A stretch of DNA of 32,403 nucleotides from Octopus bimaculoides (GCF_001194135.2 NC_068999.1:20013071-20045473); one strand, 5' to 3'; counted from the stretch's first letter, positions 1-11,698 are shown. Made by a program: numbers and translations. Notes: a model not told the origin generated them from the letters alone.

Positions 1-78
1 CTTATGATGTATAGAGATGGGGTATGTGCTGTCTATTTGTTCCATAATTTAATTATACGTTAATTTTTAGCGTCCCTA

Positions 79-139
79 CTGATAAAGAACACATATAACA
101 AATTATTTCATTTGTTCATTAATGTTCGAAACCTAGGTG
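79..139 (+). ncRNA. Degenerate hammerhead-ribozyme-like motif
   Basis: CTGATAA (79-85), A, stem II GAACA (87-91)/TGTTC (123-127), GAAA (128-131), palindrome ACCTAGGT. Position 17 is G and no convincing stem I is present. Confidence 0.25.
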
Positions 140-278
140 AAAGTGGTACTATTGAAAGTGCTTTTATTCTTCTTCCCCTTGGAAATTACTCTTAACCGTG
201 GTTTGGATTTTGGCTGTTCCTTTTAGCATGTAAGGTGTCTTTTAGGGTCACCTCTTTTGTGTATAAATGTACACTAAT

Positions 279-302
279 TATATATATATATATATATATA
301 TA
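279..302. repeat. (TA)n microsatellite
   Basis: Direct reading of the sequence. Confidence 0.95.
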
Positions 303-434
303 CCTAAGCTTACGTGTATAAGTATACTACCCAATAGAGAATCAAAAGTGGTGTCAGCATTATTCATTTTGAGACTAAATCGTTCACAATCGACAAATAT
401 GAACCGTTCCAAGGCGGAATAGCGGTAGATTTAC

Positions 435-558
435 GACCATTGGATTTGTGATATCTCTTCCGGAGTCCAAATCATACTTAGGTTTCCGTAGCTAGTGTCA
501 GTCGGCCGACTTGCGGAATCGGTTAGCGCGGATATGTTGGAATACATCCAGTTTAAAC
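435..558 (-). CDS. Candidate internal exon of unidentified host gene (124 nt, phase 1 to 2)
   Basis: Acceptor atattgcatgtag|, donor |gtaaat. Open frame LNWMYSNISALTDSASRPTDTSYGNLSMIWTPEEISQIQW; GC higher than flanks; lies within the ORF-track ORF 431-637. Confidence 0.45.
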
Positions 559-1455
559 CTACATGCAATATCATATCAAGAGCTGCACTCCACACAAACT
601 CGAAAGCATGTGGCCAGAAAATGATAATTAAATACATTTACTTACCATAATGAGAGCCGAATAAAGAATGTGTTGGTCAATACTTCATTCAGTTACTTTT
701 CATTGAACGCAGAACCAAATTTGAATATAAAAAATGTTATAATAATTTTTGTTTACATACGCTACGTGTCCACAACCTCGCATTACAAGACGAATACAGT
801 TAAATCAGTCCAGTATTATATTCGTGAAAATAGCATCGATCTGATGTGAATGGAAGTCAAAGTTAACCTCCAGAGAATTGTAAACGCAAGCGATAGAAAA
901 ATTATCAAATATCCCAAAGTGTTATTACAGGCCTTCTACTGATTCTACTGCTTTTAGTAACTAATAACACTTGCTCATTTCCTTAAATAATGGGAGTTAT
1001 TCAGCGACATGCGCGAGCCCGTTTTAGGTGGTGAATATAAAGGATTTAAATTATTTCCCTAAAATGCATAACGGTTTTGTCATAGGAGGAATAGCTGTGC
1101 CCTTGAAGTTTTTCAATCGTTTTGTTATTGTTGCAAATAAAGAAGGAAGCTATCATCTGAGGAGTGGCCGTTTATGAATCATTCCCAGAGAGGAAATTGT
1201 TAAAAGCACACAGTGCCAAGGAGAATTGTGAAATATTTCACCGAAATTATGCTTGCCCTCAAAAACTGAGTTTCTATAAATTTCTCGACACCCAGATGAT
1301 GAACAACATATTCCGTTCGGCCCGGATTAGAAAATATAAATGAAAAGTATGCAATTAAATATTAGAAGGAAATTTCTTTTGTGTGCTATCAATTCTATCA
1401 CCCATGTATCTACATAATAATGATAAGTATTAGAAGTTACAAAGAAGTCGAATAC

Positions 1456-1520
<65 letters not shown>

Positions 1521-1607
1521 GTAATAATAAAGAAGAAGAAGAAGAAGAAGAAGAAGAAGAAGAAGAAGAAGAAGAAGAAGAAGAAGAAGAAGAAGAAGAA
1601 GAAGAAG

Positions 1608-1637
<30 letters not shown>
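1456..1637. repeat. Compound microsatellite (TAA)n then (AAG)~36
   Basis: (TAA)n ~1456-1529 directly followed by pure (AAG)n ~1529-1637. Confidence 0.97.
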
Positions 1638-1638
<1 letters not shown>

Positions 1639-1920
1639 GATATCCAGTAAAATGATACACTCCATTTAACATGCTTCTCTTCAACTAACGTCTAATAAAT
1701 TTCTCCATGTTTTGTGACGAATCGAGTCGAGCTTATGGGGAAAAATAAGATATTTGTTCTCTTTCGCTGGTAATGTAGACGAGCCAAGGCATCAGAGAGA
1801 GTACTGTAAACTGATGAACAACTCTGAATCCATTCTCGTTTCATACTTTCAGCGAGTATTTCACTGACAAATAGTACATACTTGTATCCAAGTTTATTAA
1901 TTTATTGATTAATGTCTATA

Positions 1921-2365
1921 CAGCGCTGGTAAGAAGCTTGCTTCCTGACTACATGCTTCCGGGTTCAGTCCCACTGCTTGACTAGTATAGCTTCTGGCTA
2001 GTATAGCAGGTATAGCTAGTATAGCTAGGATGGTATAGCTTCAGTCCCAATGCTTGGCTAGCATACCTTCTAGTATAGCTTTTGGCTTTGTGAGTGGATT
2101 TCGTTGACGAAAACTGAAAGAAGCCTGTCGCTCATATGTGTGTGTGTAGGTATGTCAGTACCTCCACCCACAACACGACTTCGCAACCGGTGTTGATGTG
2201 CTTACATCTCCGTAACTTAGCAGTTTCGCAAATGATACCGATAGGATAAGTACAAGGTTTAAAAATCACTCCTGCGGTCGATTTGTTCGACTAAAAACAA
2301 AACCATTGAAGGTGGTACTCCAGCATGGTCACAGTCAAATGACTGAAGCAAGTAAAAGATTAAAA
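1921..2365 (+). mobile_element. tRNA-derived SINE (octopus-type) with internal rearrangement
   Basis: Head tggtaagaagcttgcttcc...gggttcagtcccactgc with A/B-box-like motifs; body gctttgtgagtggattt..gaaactgaaagaagcc; (TG)n; tail tactccagcatggtcacagtcaaatgactgaagcaagtaaaaga. Resembles a recalled high-copy octopus SINE. Confidence 0.85.
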
Positions 2366-2420
2366 TATTAAGCAAGAATCGAAATATCTGTCATCCATCC
2401 ACTAATTATTTCAACCGTAC

Positions 2421-2471
2421 GTCTAGCTGAATCTGCAATTTTGATCGAATGGAGCATCTTGGTTGCCTCTC
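2421..2471 (-). CDS. Candidate exon (51 nt, phase 1 to 1)
   Basis: Acceptor cctatcctttcag|, donor |gtacgg; reads (G)EATKMLHSIKIADSAR. Confidence 0.4.
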
Positions 2472-2586
2472 CTGAAAGGATAGGTATTTGAACCACAGAT
2501 AGGATAGTACATTTTACTGATCCTGGACGTATCAAAGACAAAACATCAGCAGATTGCAACACAAAGCACAAGGAAATGAATGAAAC

Positions 2587-2620
2587 CTGGCTTCATATTC
2601 TCTACGATGATTGAAATTTC
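2587..2620 (-). CDS. Candidate small exon (34 nt, phase 0 to 1)
   Basis: Acceptor ccgccttttgacag|, weak donor cag|gtttca; reads EISIIVENMKP; phases fit neighbouring candidates. Confidence 0.3.
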
Positions 2621-3394
2621 CTGTCAAAAGGCGGTTTCGCAACATATTTTAGCCACACATGTATCACCGGTACAAAAATACATTTATTGCCAATTTATTT
2701 GGTACCATTTCTACCTTATCATCTGTGACAGCATATATATATATATATATATATACTTTATATGCCTCTAAAAGCATGTACCTGCATGTGTATGCAACAA
2801 TGTAATGCGTTGTGTATTAGTGCTTCTTTGATTCATCAATAATGCAGATTTCCTTTTAGCGAAATCTATAAATTCTTTTGTAAATCAAAACTTTTTGAAA
2901 AACCATTACCAATGAAGCAATTATAGAATCGAATGGAAACACAAGCTAAAATTTACAAAATAAGAGGAAAAAGAAATAAAGATATTTTGACAAATGAAAG
3001 AAAATATTCATAAGAAGTTTTTTTAAAAAAAAAGCAAATGAAAAAAATAACAAGTGAAAGAAAAGAAAGAAGCATTTATTTGAAAGTACTGAAAATTATA
3101 TCTTAATGTACCGGAATACGGCGAATAAACATTCCAAGATATGAAGAAATTTTAAAATATTCCGATATCTAATTTCTATTTGTTGCTCTTATATTTTTCG
3201 ATGTTATATTTTATTCTTATATATTATTCTTTGTTGTCTTATTTTTCTTCCGCTTCTGTTTGTTGTCTTTGTAACTTGAAATCGTGTTCTTGTTTTTCTG
3301 CGTATTTTTTTTTTTGTATTTTTCTTTCGTCCGTTTTCCTTTCGTTTTCATATTTCTTCTTTATTTTCGTTTTCTATTATTTCTTTTCTAATAT

Positions 3395-3645
3395 TATTAT
3401 TTTCATTAATTATTAATATATTTAATATTATTACCATTATAAATGATAAGAATAACATTATCATTATTACTATTATTATTATTATTGTTGTTGTTGTTGA
3501 TATTGTTATTGTTACTGAAATTATTATTATTGTCATTACCATTAATATTATTAGTATTTGTATTAACACTACTGTTACTATCAATATTTTCTTTGCAATT
3601 CACGCATCTTTTTTATTTGTATTGTTTTTATGAATATTACTAACC
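3395..3645. repeat. Degenerate (TAT/TGT)n low-complexity tract
   Basis: Imperfect trinucleotide repeats; source of the poly-L, poly-N and poly-I pseudo-ORFs. Confidence 0.85.
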
Positions 3646-3924
3646 AGCAGCATCATGTTCATAGTTATCTTCATTAAGTTTCATGGATTTATTATTATTA
3701 AATGCAATTCTTTTATTAAATATGTCCGCCTTTGATGTCAGAAGCAATTAATAATTATGGTATCAGTTTTATTTTCAATGGTGAAAATTGTAATTAAATT
3801 TCACCTTGAGGGGGATAAGTCATTAAAACAATTTTTATTTAATCAAGCTAGAGTATAATGTTGCGATTAATACACACAGTAATACTTAAAAAAGAAAGAT
3901 AATTACGTAGACGTTCACTTAAAT

Positions 3925-3963
3925 AACATATATATTATATATGTGTTTGTATGTGTGTGTGTA

Positions 3964-4017
<54 letters not shown>

Positions 4018-4065
4018 TATGCATATATAGGTATGTGTGTGTATGTGTGTGTGCATGTGTGTGTG
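3925..4065. repeat. (TA)n/(TG)n microsatellite cluster
   Basis: Direct reading of the sequence. Confidence 0.9.
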
Positions 4066-4315
4066 AAAAAAACGAAACTTATATAAAAAAAAATACCCTT
4101 GCATACGCATTAACATGAAACCAAGACAAATGTGAACAGAATTCTACGTTTTATATTCCTACAGGGAAATAGTTTGTTAGACAGGATATAAATTCTCAGC
4201 ACAGTCAGCACGCAGTCTAACATCATGATCAATATCATCGAAGCAAAAAGTATAAGAATAATGGTGACAGGTGTGTGGGGGGGTGCATATATGTACATTT
4301 ATATATGCGTACATG

Positions 4316-4795
4316 CTAGGTCTGATCAATATCTATCGGGAATGGTGTTATAAAAAGAAAACTTCATTACACAAATTCGGCTTTTAATCTCCTTCGTAGT
4401 AGTCCCCGTGTTAAGGCACGCAGTTTATCCACCCTCGTTTACATTGACGGAAGCGTTCCTCAAACTTCATTTTGGGGACAGTGAGCAACTGTCTCATTGA
4501 TTTTCTTGGATTTGCTCGGCGTCCTCAAATCTAAGAGGACTGAGCTATAGTTTCGTGGTCATATCTTTGGCTCGCTATATGTGCTAACCGTTTTCGCCTT
4601 TCTCGTAGATAAAACCCGATTTTCTTTTTGAGACGATAACACTCTACGCATATCATTTCCAAGTTATGCAATGATCAACGGAAGTCGATTAGTATAGTGT
4701 AACCCCTTGTGCCTACACAAATGATTTTAAGGTGAATGTGAGTTAAGTGTGTGTTGGTTTCGCAACAGACACGGCACTTTTTGATCAGAGCTCTT
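4316..4795 (-). mobile_element. Internally deleted mariner (Tc1/mariner) element
   Basis: Diverged TIRs aggtctgatcaatatc (~4318-4333) and gcactttttgatcagagctc (~4774-4793). Minus strand 4384-4535 reads, with a frameshift and a stop, RFEDAEQIQEN/RQLLTVPKMKFEERFRQCKRGWINCVP*HGDYYEGD*, the typical mariner transposase C-terminus. Confidence 0.8.
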
Positions 4796-4837
4796 TCATT
4801 CCTCTCTCTCTTTATATATATATATATATATATATAT

Positions 4838-5430
4838 NNNNNNNNNNNNNNNNNNNNNNNNNNNNNNNNNNNNNNNNNNNNNNNNNNNNNNNNNNNNNNN
4901 NNNNNNNNNNNNNNNNNNNNNNNNNNNNNNNNNNNNNNNNNNNNNNNNNNNNNNNNNNNNNNNNNNNNNNNNNNNNNNNNNNNNNNNNNNNNNNNNNNNN
5001 NNNNNNNNNNNNNNNNNNNNNNNNNNNNNNNNNNNNNNNNNNNNNNNNNNNNNNNNNNNNNNNNNNNNNNNNNNNNNNNNNNNNNNNNNNNNNNNNNNNN
5101 NNNNNNNNNNNNNNNNNNNNNNNNNNNNNNNNNNNNNNNNNNNNNNNNNNNNNNNNNNNNNNNNNNNNNNNNNNNNNNNNNNNNNNNNNNNNNNNNNNNN
5201 NNNNNNNNNNNNNNNNNNNNNNNNNNNNNNNNNNNNNNNNNNNNNNNNNNNNNNNNNNNNNNNNNNNNNNNNNNNNNNNNNNNNNNNNNNNNNNNNNNNN
5301 NNNNNNNNNNNNNNNNNNNNNNNNNNNNNNNNNNNNNNNNNNNNNNNNNNNNNNNNNNNNNNNNNNNNNNNNNNNNNNNNNNNNNNNNNNNNNNNNNNNN
5401 NNNNNNNNNNNNNNNNNNNNNNNNNNNNNN
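4838..5430. other. Assembly gap
   Basis: N run flanked by (TA)n on both sides. Confidence 0.99.
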
Positions 5431-5584
5431 ATATATATATATATATATATATATACACGTTTAAGGATAGGTAGGCATACATACACACATACATACATGC
5501 ATACATACATGTGTGGGCGCAAAAGTTTCTGTATATGAGGTAGTCATCAACTTGGATTAAATCATAACTCAATGCAAAACTTAC

Positions 5585-5607
5585 ACCCGAAACAGTCTTG
5601 TTCACAC
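5585..5607 (-). CDS. Candidate microexon (23 nt, phase 1 to 0)
   Basis: Acceptor gtccatgtttcag|, consensus donor |gtaagt; reads (G)VNKTVSG. Confidence 0.35.
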
Positions 5608-6640
5608 CTGAAACATGGACCACATTTCAAAATTCCTTATTGGGAAAGTGCCCGACTAAATTACTTATATCGAAGTGAATATACATATATGAAATTTTAA
5701 TATGCTTTTAAGCATAAAAATATTTTTATTTCTATTTACTTTTGGGATAATATTATTGTGGAATTGAATTTAAATAATGAAAACTTCCAGTACGCTCCTG
5801 CCATTCACTGACATTTTGGCGATTTCAGAATTTCTAGGTAAAAACGCAAAAAGTGACTTAAATTCATTTTCATATGTCAGCACATTACTAATTTATTTCT
5901 GATTAATTTCAAATGCCAATCTTCTGTGAATACCCCTAGATTCGCAAACTGGCTCTTGAAATACATTGTACCACATAAATAATATGTCACAGCGATATAT
6001 ATATATTTTTTTTTATTCCTGAATCCAATGAATCCCAAAGTACTTCCTTATACTTACTCCATAATGCAAGAGGTATGTGAAAACATTGCGAATGCAAGTC
6101 TTGCACATTTTATTCTTGTTACATTAAAGACAGATTTTTTCTATTTTCTTTTACTTTATTTTCCGTTTCCTCTCATTGTACTATATTGTTTATATGTCAA
6201 ATCTAAATTAAAAAACAACTGCAACATACTCTATCCAATGACCTGTTTCTTTTTATCAGAATCTTTAACATATGAATACATATAACGTTACATGCATGCA
6301 TATGTTCATATGAAAATTGCACTGTAAACAATTATTGGAATGCAAAACGTTGGGAAATATTTATTGAGTAACAAAATTACACACAACAGTGATCTATGTA
6401 CATGAATATGTGAATACTTAGATGATGATGCCTAAATAACAATCAAAACGCTTTGTTTCTCGCCGTTATAAAATTCTATTTGTAAAGAATATTGAATTTG
6501 AAAAAAATAATGCATTTATATATGCACACACAACATGAATGCATACATTCACACACACATTCACTTACACACAATTACATATTCACACACACTGACGTAC
6601 ATTGACACAAACACACGCACACACCCACAGATACAAATAC

Positions 6641-6761
6641 CTGGGGATGGAATGTCACTATCGTTCGATGATGTAAACGTAGCAGTTGAAACAACTGACT
6701 TTCCCGTCTTATAAATTAAAGTGTAAGCGGGTGATCGTTCCACAGGAACGTCTACCCATAA
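6641..6761 (-). CDS. Candidate exon (121 nt, phase 0 to 1)
   Basis: Acceptor atgatttcag|, donor cag|gtattt; only one frame is open: LWVDVPVERSPAYTLIYKTGKSVVSTATFTSSNDSDIPSP(G). Confidence 0.55.
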
Positions 6762-7033
6762 CTGAAATCATTTTCAGGGACTGTGTGAAAACTTCCCTCA
6801 CAAGACATAGGCTGACCTAAATCAATAAAAAATTGAATTTTTCTAAGAAGACATTGAGTGAGATAGATCTGTAAATAGGACGTGTTCTAGCATCGGCCAT
6901 ACTGCAACGACATGCATGTATATTTGCACGTATATCTGCATGTATGTATGTTTGAATTTATATATGTATATTTATGTGTGAGAGTGTGTTTTAATAATAA
7001 TAAGCAGATGTTACCGAGTAACCTAGGGGCCAA

Positions 7034-7094
7034 GAGTTTCGTGCTTTGGCACTTATCAAGTGTTTGATACGTGCCAAATGCGAAACTCAGGGTC
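7034..7094. ncRNA. Inverted pair of hammerhead-like cores forming a palindrome
   Basis: Minus strand: TTGATAA-GTGC-CAAA-GCAC-GAAAC (7059 to 7036). Plus strand: TTGATAC-GTGCCAAATGC-GAAAC-TCAGGGTC (7064-7094). Confidence 0.45.
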
Positions 7095-7129
7095 CTTCAA
7101 CTGCATTGTAAATTCTGCTGATAATTTAT

Positions 7130-7660
<531 letters not shown>

Positions 7661-7682
7661 ATATATAATATAATATATATAT

Positions 7683-7751
7683 AGATAGGTAGATAGATAG
7701 AGAGATAGATAGATAGATACATTTCTTTTATTAGCCACACAGGGCTCAACG

Positions 7752-7829
<78 letters not shown>

Positions 7830-7843
7830 TAGAAAGATATATA
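7683..7843. repeat. (GATA)n microsatellite with ~35-bp interruption
   Basis: (GATA)n on both sides of acatttcttttattagccacacagggctcaacgaa (~7719-7753). Confidence 0.9.
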
Positions 7844-8132
7844 NNNNNNNNNNNNNNNNNNNNNNNNNNNNNNNNNNNNNNNNNNNNNNNNNNNNNNNNN
7901 NNNNNNNNNNNNNNNNNNNNNNNNNNNNNNNNNNNNNNNNNNNNNNNNNNNNNNNNNNNNNNNNNNNNNNNNNNNNNNNNNNNNNNNNNNNNNNNNNNNN
8001 NNNNNNNNNNNNNNNNNNNNNNNNNNNNNNNNNNNNNNNNNNNNNNNNNNNNNNNNNNNNNNNNNNNNNNNNNNNNNNNNNNNNNNNNNNNNNNNNNNNN
8101 NNNNNNNNNNNNNNNNNNNNNNNNNNNNNNNN
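7844..8132. other. Assembly gap
   Basis: N run. Confidence 0.99.
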
Positions 8133-8835
8133 GCTTTTAGAACTGACATTAAATATTTAGTGATTATAATGGAACATTGTTGTCTTATTCAGTTCTGAAT
8201 GGCTGTTGTTCGTTTGTTTTCTTTATTATTATCATTTCTTCAAAGAAATTGTCTGTTCCATTCAAATAGTCAACATTTCGTTGCGATTCCAGCACACTTA
8301 TGTTGTTTTGGGATTTTGTTTTGTCTTTGTTGTTGATTGGGTCTTTAAAGGCAGAATTTGATCAGTTAAGCATTTCATTGGTCCATTGGCGTTGTAATTA
8401 GCAGGCAAGCGAGTGTCAGATTAGTGAATATAATTCAATCTCATTAAAAGTTCTATTAAGATTTTAATTCAAAGTAATCTAAAACCGCTAAAAAATTAAT
8501 GAAATTTAAATGCTCAGAAAATAAAGAGTTTGCTACTGTTTACTTCTAATATTTTACTTCAATTTATTTAATTGTTTTTTTACCCTATATATCTTTCTCT
8601 CTTTCTTCAAATCTAAATATCCAATCAAGAAGAAACCAGTTAAATTGATTATTGATTGGTTTAAAATTTGTCCACAGTGTGCAGATCATGATGTTTCTGT
8701 TTGGAGAAATTCTAGAATATGTGAGAATTATTATTATTTTGATTCCTCTCCTTCTTCTTCTTATTATTATTACTCCTAGTTTTGCGCTAAATAAAACCCC
8801 TCTTTAACTGGTGAAATAAAAATGCAATATATTAC

Positions 8836-8892
8836 CTGTATAATATTTATGAGCTTCTAGATAAGAAGGATTCCTAAAATATAGAAGGATTC
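8836..8892 (-). CDS. Weak candidate exon (57 nt, or 38 nt from the alternative acceptor at 8873)
   Basis: Donor cag|gtaata; acceptor tatattttag| present twice via a 19-bp tandem duplication; reads (G)ILLYFRNPSYLEAHKYYT. Confidence 0.25.
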
Positions 8893-9954
8893 CTAAAATA
8901 TATATTGCCATCAACCGAGGTACCAAACAATATTTTGTTCCTCTGTGGCCATTTTACACAACGTGTGAAAAATATCAGGAGATATTGAGTGTATGCATGT
9001 ATATACATATGTATGTATATACAAATGTGCATGTTATGTATATCTATATCTGTGCGTGGGTGTATTTGTGTGTGTGTGTATCTGTCTATCTGTGTTTGTG
9101 TCTAATTTATATGAGGTTTACGAGTGTTCAAGAATTTGAGCAGAGATACCAATCCCAAACTATGAGAAATTTGCTCGTAACATATAACTATGCAGTTGGC
9201 ATCAAACCATTGTCAAATAAAACCTGGGTCTGAGTCAAAACAATGTTTCTGAAGAACACATTAAGACGGGGGATAACACTCTTAAATCCTAGGGTTGTTA
9301 GACACAAGTGAAACACAGCCATAATAAGTGATATATTAGCTGCAGTGACTGCTCTTGTTATAATCAGGAGAGCCCCTTCCTATGGGCAAATGGGTTTAAA
9401 ATCTAATATCCACATGTAGTTGGGATTTATTCAGTACGTGTCATATGAACATATATCGATCTTAGACCTTGTAAATGAAACATAGTTGACGAATACAAAA
9501 TAACACTCTATCCATGTCACCTTCAAATTAATAACTAATTTGACTTGCCTTTGACGTGTAGACGCTAAACTGTAGAATGACATAGAATATATAGGCTTTT
9601 AGTGAAAAAATTCATTTGGTGATGAAATCAAAAGTAATTCCATAATTTCCGCGGTCTCCTTTTTGTATTAAAATCATAAACTAAGATGAGTAGCTTGCAT
9701 AAATATTACGAAGAATTCCATATTATTTTTATTAGGGCACTCAACAAAGTGTTGAGAAGATTCGCGATGGGTGATATCAAGTTGTATTGCCAGCAGGCTT
9801 CAATAAAAAGAAACATTTTATGCTTTGTTTCTGAAGAATAAGCAGTTCATTTTAAACAGGATTAGATACCCACCCAAAATTGGTTTTTCGCATACCCCTG
9901 TCTTTTAGTTACAACAGATATTGGTTGACGTTTACAGAAACGCATTTTAATTAC

Positions 9955-10021
9955 CTTGTTTGACGCGGAAAGAATTGTCTCCGTACCTTACTAATCTACC
10001 TTCACATAGAAGCTGACGGCA
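9955..10021 (-). CDS. Candidate exon (67 nt, phase 0 to 1)
   Basis: Acceptor ccatatttag|, donor aag|gtaatt; single open frame CRQLLCEGRLVRYGDNSFRVKQ. Confidence 0.4.
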
Positions 10022-11577
10022 CTAAATATGGTATGCAGCACGATTTCTTAGGAAATCCCAGTATGCTTTTTAATGATTTGACTCGCATTAAGGCGCATAT
10101 ATATCGACAAAATAGACTCTTTTTATGTCATTCTTTGAACAATTTCAAATTCATTGCTTCATTAAATTATGATTAGGGAAGACATTTCTACAGAACTTCT
10201 AGCGACATAGGGCTGGTCGTAACGCTTAATGCAAAGGAACTCAGAAGATAGTCGACGAAAGGATGAGAGCAGTGTGACTCGGAAAGATCAACGTAGAAGG
10301 AATGAGTTCCACCAGTTAACTGGCGCGAAAATTCTCAAGATATAAGATGAGACAATAGCACAATATTAGGTCTGGAACCTATGTAGAAATGTTGAAAGAT
10401 TTCAAGTCAATCAGTATTTTGGCAGTAATTGAATGCCATCTAGAATCTGCCTGTGTGTAACGGCAGCGATCTCGCAAGTGTAGAAGCTTGAATCCATATC
10501 GAGTAACCTGTTATCTTTCGATTACGTATATTTCGTTCTTTCAGACGCCAGAAGAAATATAAAGATGGTGATACAGAGTATTTATATGGCTTGGTGACGT
10601 CTAGTGGGGACGTATGTTCCCGTTTAGTGTATGTAAACTATATTATATATATTATTTAAAAATTTGTATCATCACCAACCTCCAATAAGTAAATGAATAA
10701 TTTGTTGTCTTTTCTTTGAAATTTAAATAAACCATTCTTAAACGGGATAAGATATTTGCTCAAAGTTTGATTTCCAGTAAATCTCCCTGTCTCAATCTCA
10801 CTCTCTCATATCAGATGTTGGTTTACGTTTACAACCAAATCTTGGTTGGCACAGTTCTGTATACTCCATTTAATACATTTGTTAATTTGTCATGATTGTT
10901 CTCCGACCTCCACAAACTGGAACTGATCAGTAAAATGGATTCACTACAACCGTTTGAGTGTCGGTATATTGCAAACACTTATAGGCTTCAAGAATGTTCT
11001 GGCTTCTTTAATTCTGAGCTTGCGAAATTACATGTCCTTCATATGCAAAGTGATAGCTCTTGAACTTGTGGTCACATCACTTGTCGTTACTAGATACCAG
11101 ACGCAAAAGTTTGCATGATTAAAATATAGTTTGACTATATCAGTATAACATTTACTTTTATTTGTCTTTCTCGTCTTGCAGAAGAGAATAATTTCACACT
11201 CACAACTACAGACACACCGCGTATGTGTGTATGCATGTGCGTGAGTATGTCTGTGGGTGTGTGCGTGTGTGTGTGTATATATATATACACACACACACAA
11301 GCGTATGCACACACACAGACATACACATATACATAGTCAGCACAAGTGGATATTTGCTGTATGAACAGCAAGGACCTACAGCATAGACCAGACGAATAAT
11401 TTTCAAGAATGTAACTTTAGTATTATAGGATTATATCAAAGAAACGAATTTGACCTAAGATAAATAATACGACTTGGCAAGTGGCAACGACAGCGACTAA
11501 GGTAAACTGAAATACAATAAGAGATAAATGTTTGATTTATTGAAACTTTCTCCGCCTCTAATGATAATGTAAAATAC

Positions 11578-11698
11578 AATGTATAAAAAAGGAGAAATAT
11601 GCCTGCAAATGTATTGTAGATATATCATATCATAACAAAATAAGGTATCTCCGCTTTCATAGAAAGTAGAATAATCGCTTGGTGGTAATTGAGACCAG
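11578..11698 (-). CDS. Candidate exon (121 nt, phase 2 to 0; 3' boundary uncertain)
   Basis: Strong acceptor tatatcctctccttatttacag|; reads (I)WSQLPPSDYSTFYESGDTLFCYDMIYLQYICRHISPFLYI; donor att|gtattt. Confidence 0.45.

Noticed and set aside
1-270. Possible degenerate PLE linker coding on the minus strand
   Set aside because: Needs several frameshifts to resemble the motif and conflicts with the plus-strand hammerhead reading; unresolved.
780-1330. Possible decayed transposase or RT fragment (SGPNGI on the minus strand)
   Set aside because: Isolated hexapeptide without the downstream RT motifs; many stops in all frames.
1327-1684. Poly-S/L/F/I ORFs, and similar HT/YI/CV/V-rich ORFs at 3.3-3.6, 7.1-7.4, 14.5-14.9, 19.7-20.1, 24.3-24.6, 27.8-28.2 and 29.6-29.9 kb
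   Set aside because: Translations of microsatellites.
2483-2512. Kazal-like MYYPICGSNT on the minus strand; also EGF-like GYYGRHC at ~28708-28728 on +
   Set aside because: Lack the other required cysteines and are bounded by stops; chance matches.
4165-4270. Plus-strand exon-like segment (ttttatattcctacag| ... cag|gtgtgt)
   Set aside because: Stops in all three frames.
4747-5623. Long ORF-track ORFs at 4.7-5.6, 7.6-8.1, 20.7-21.2 and 28.7-29.0 kb
   Set aside because: They are open only because they run through N gaps and (TA)n.
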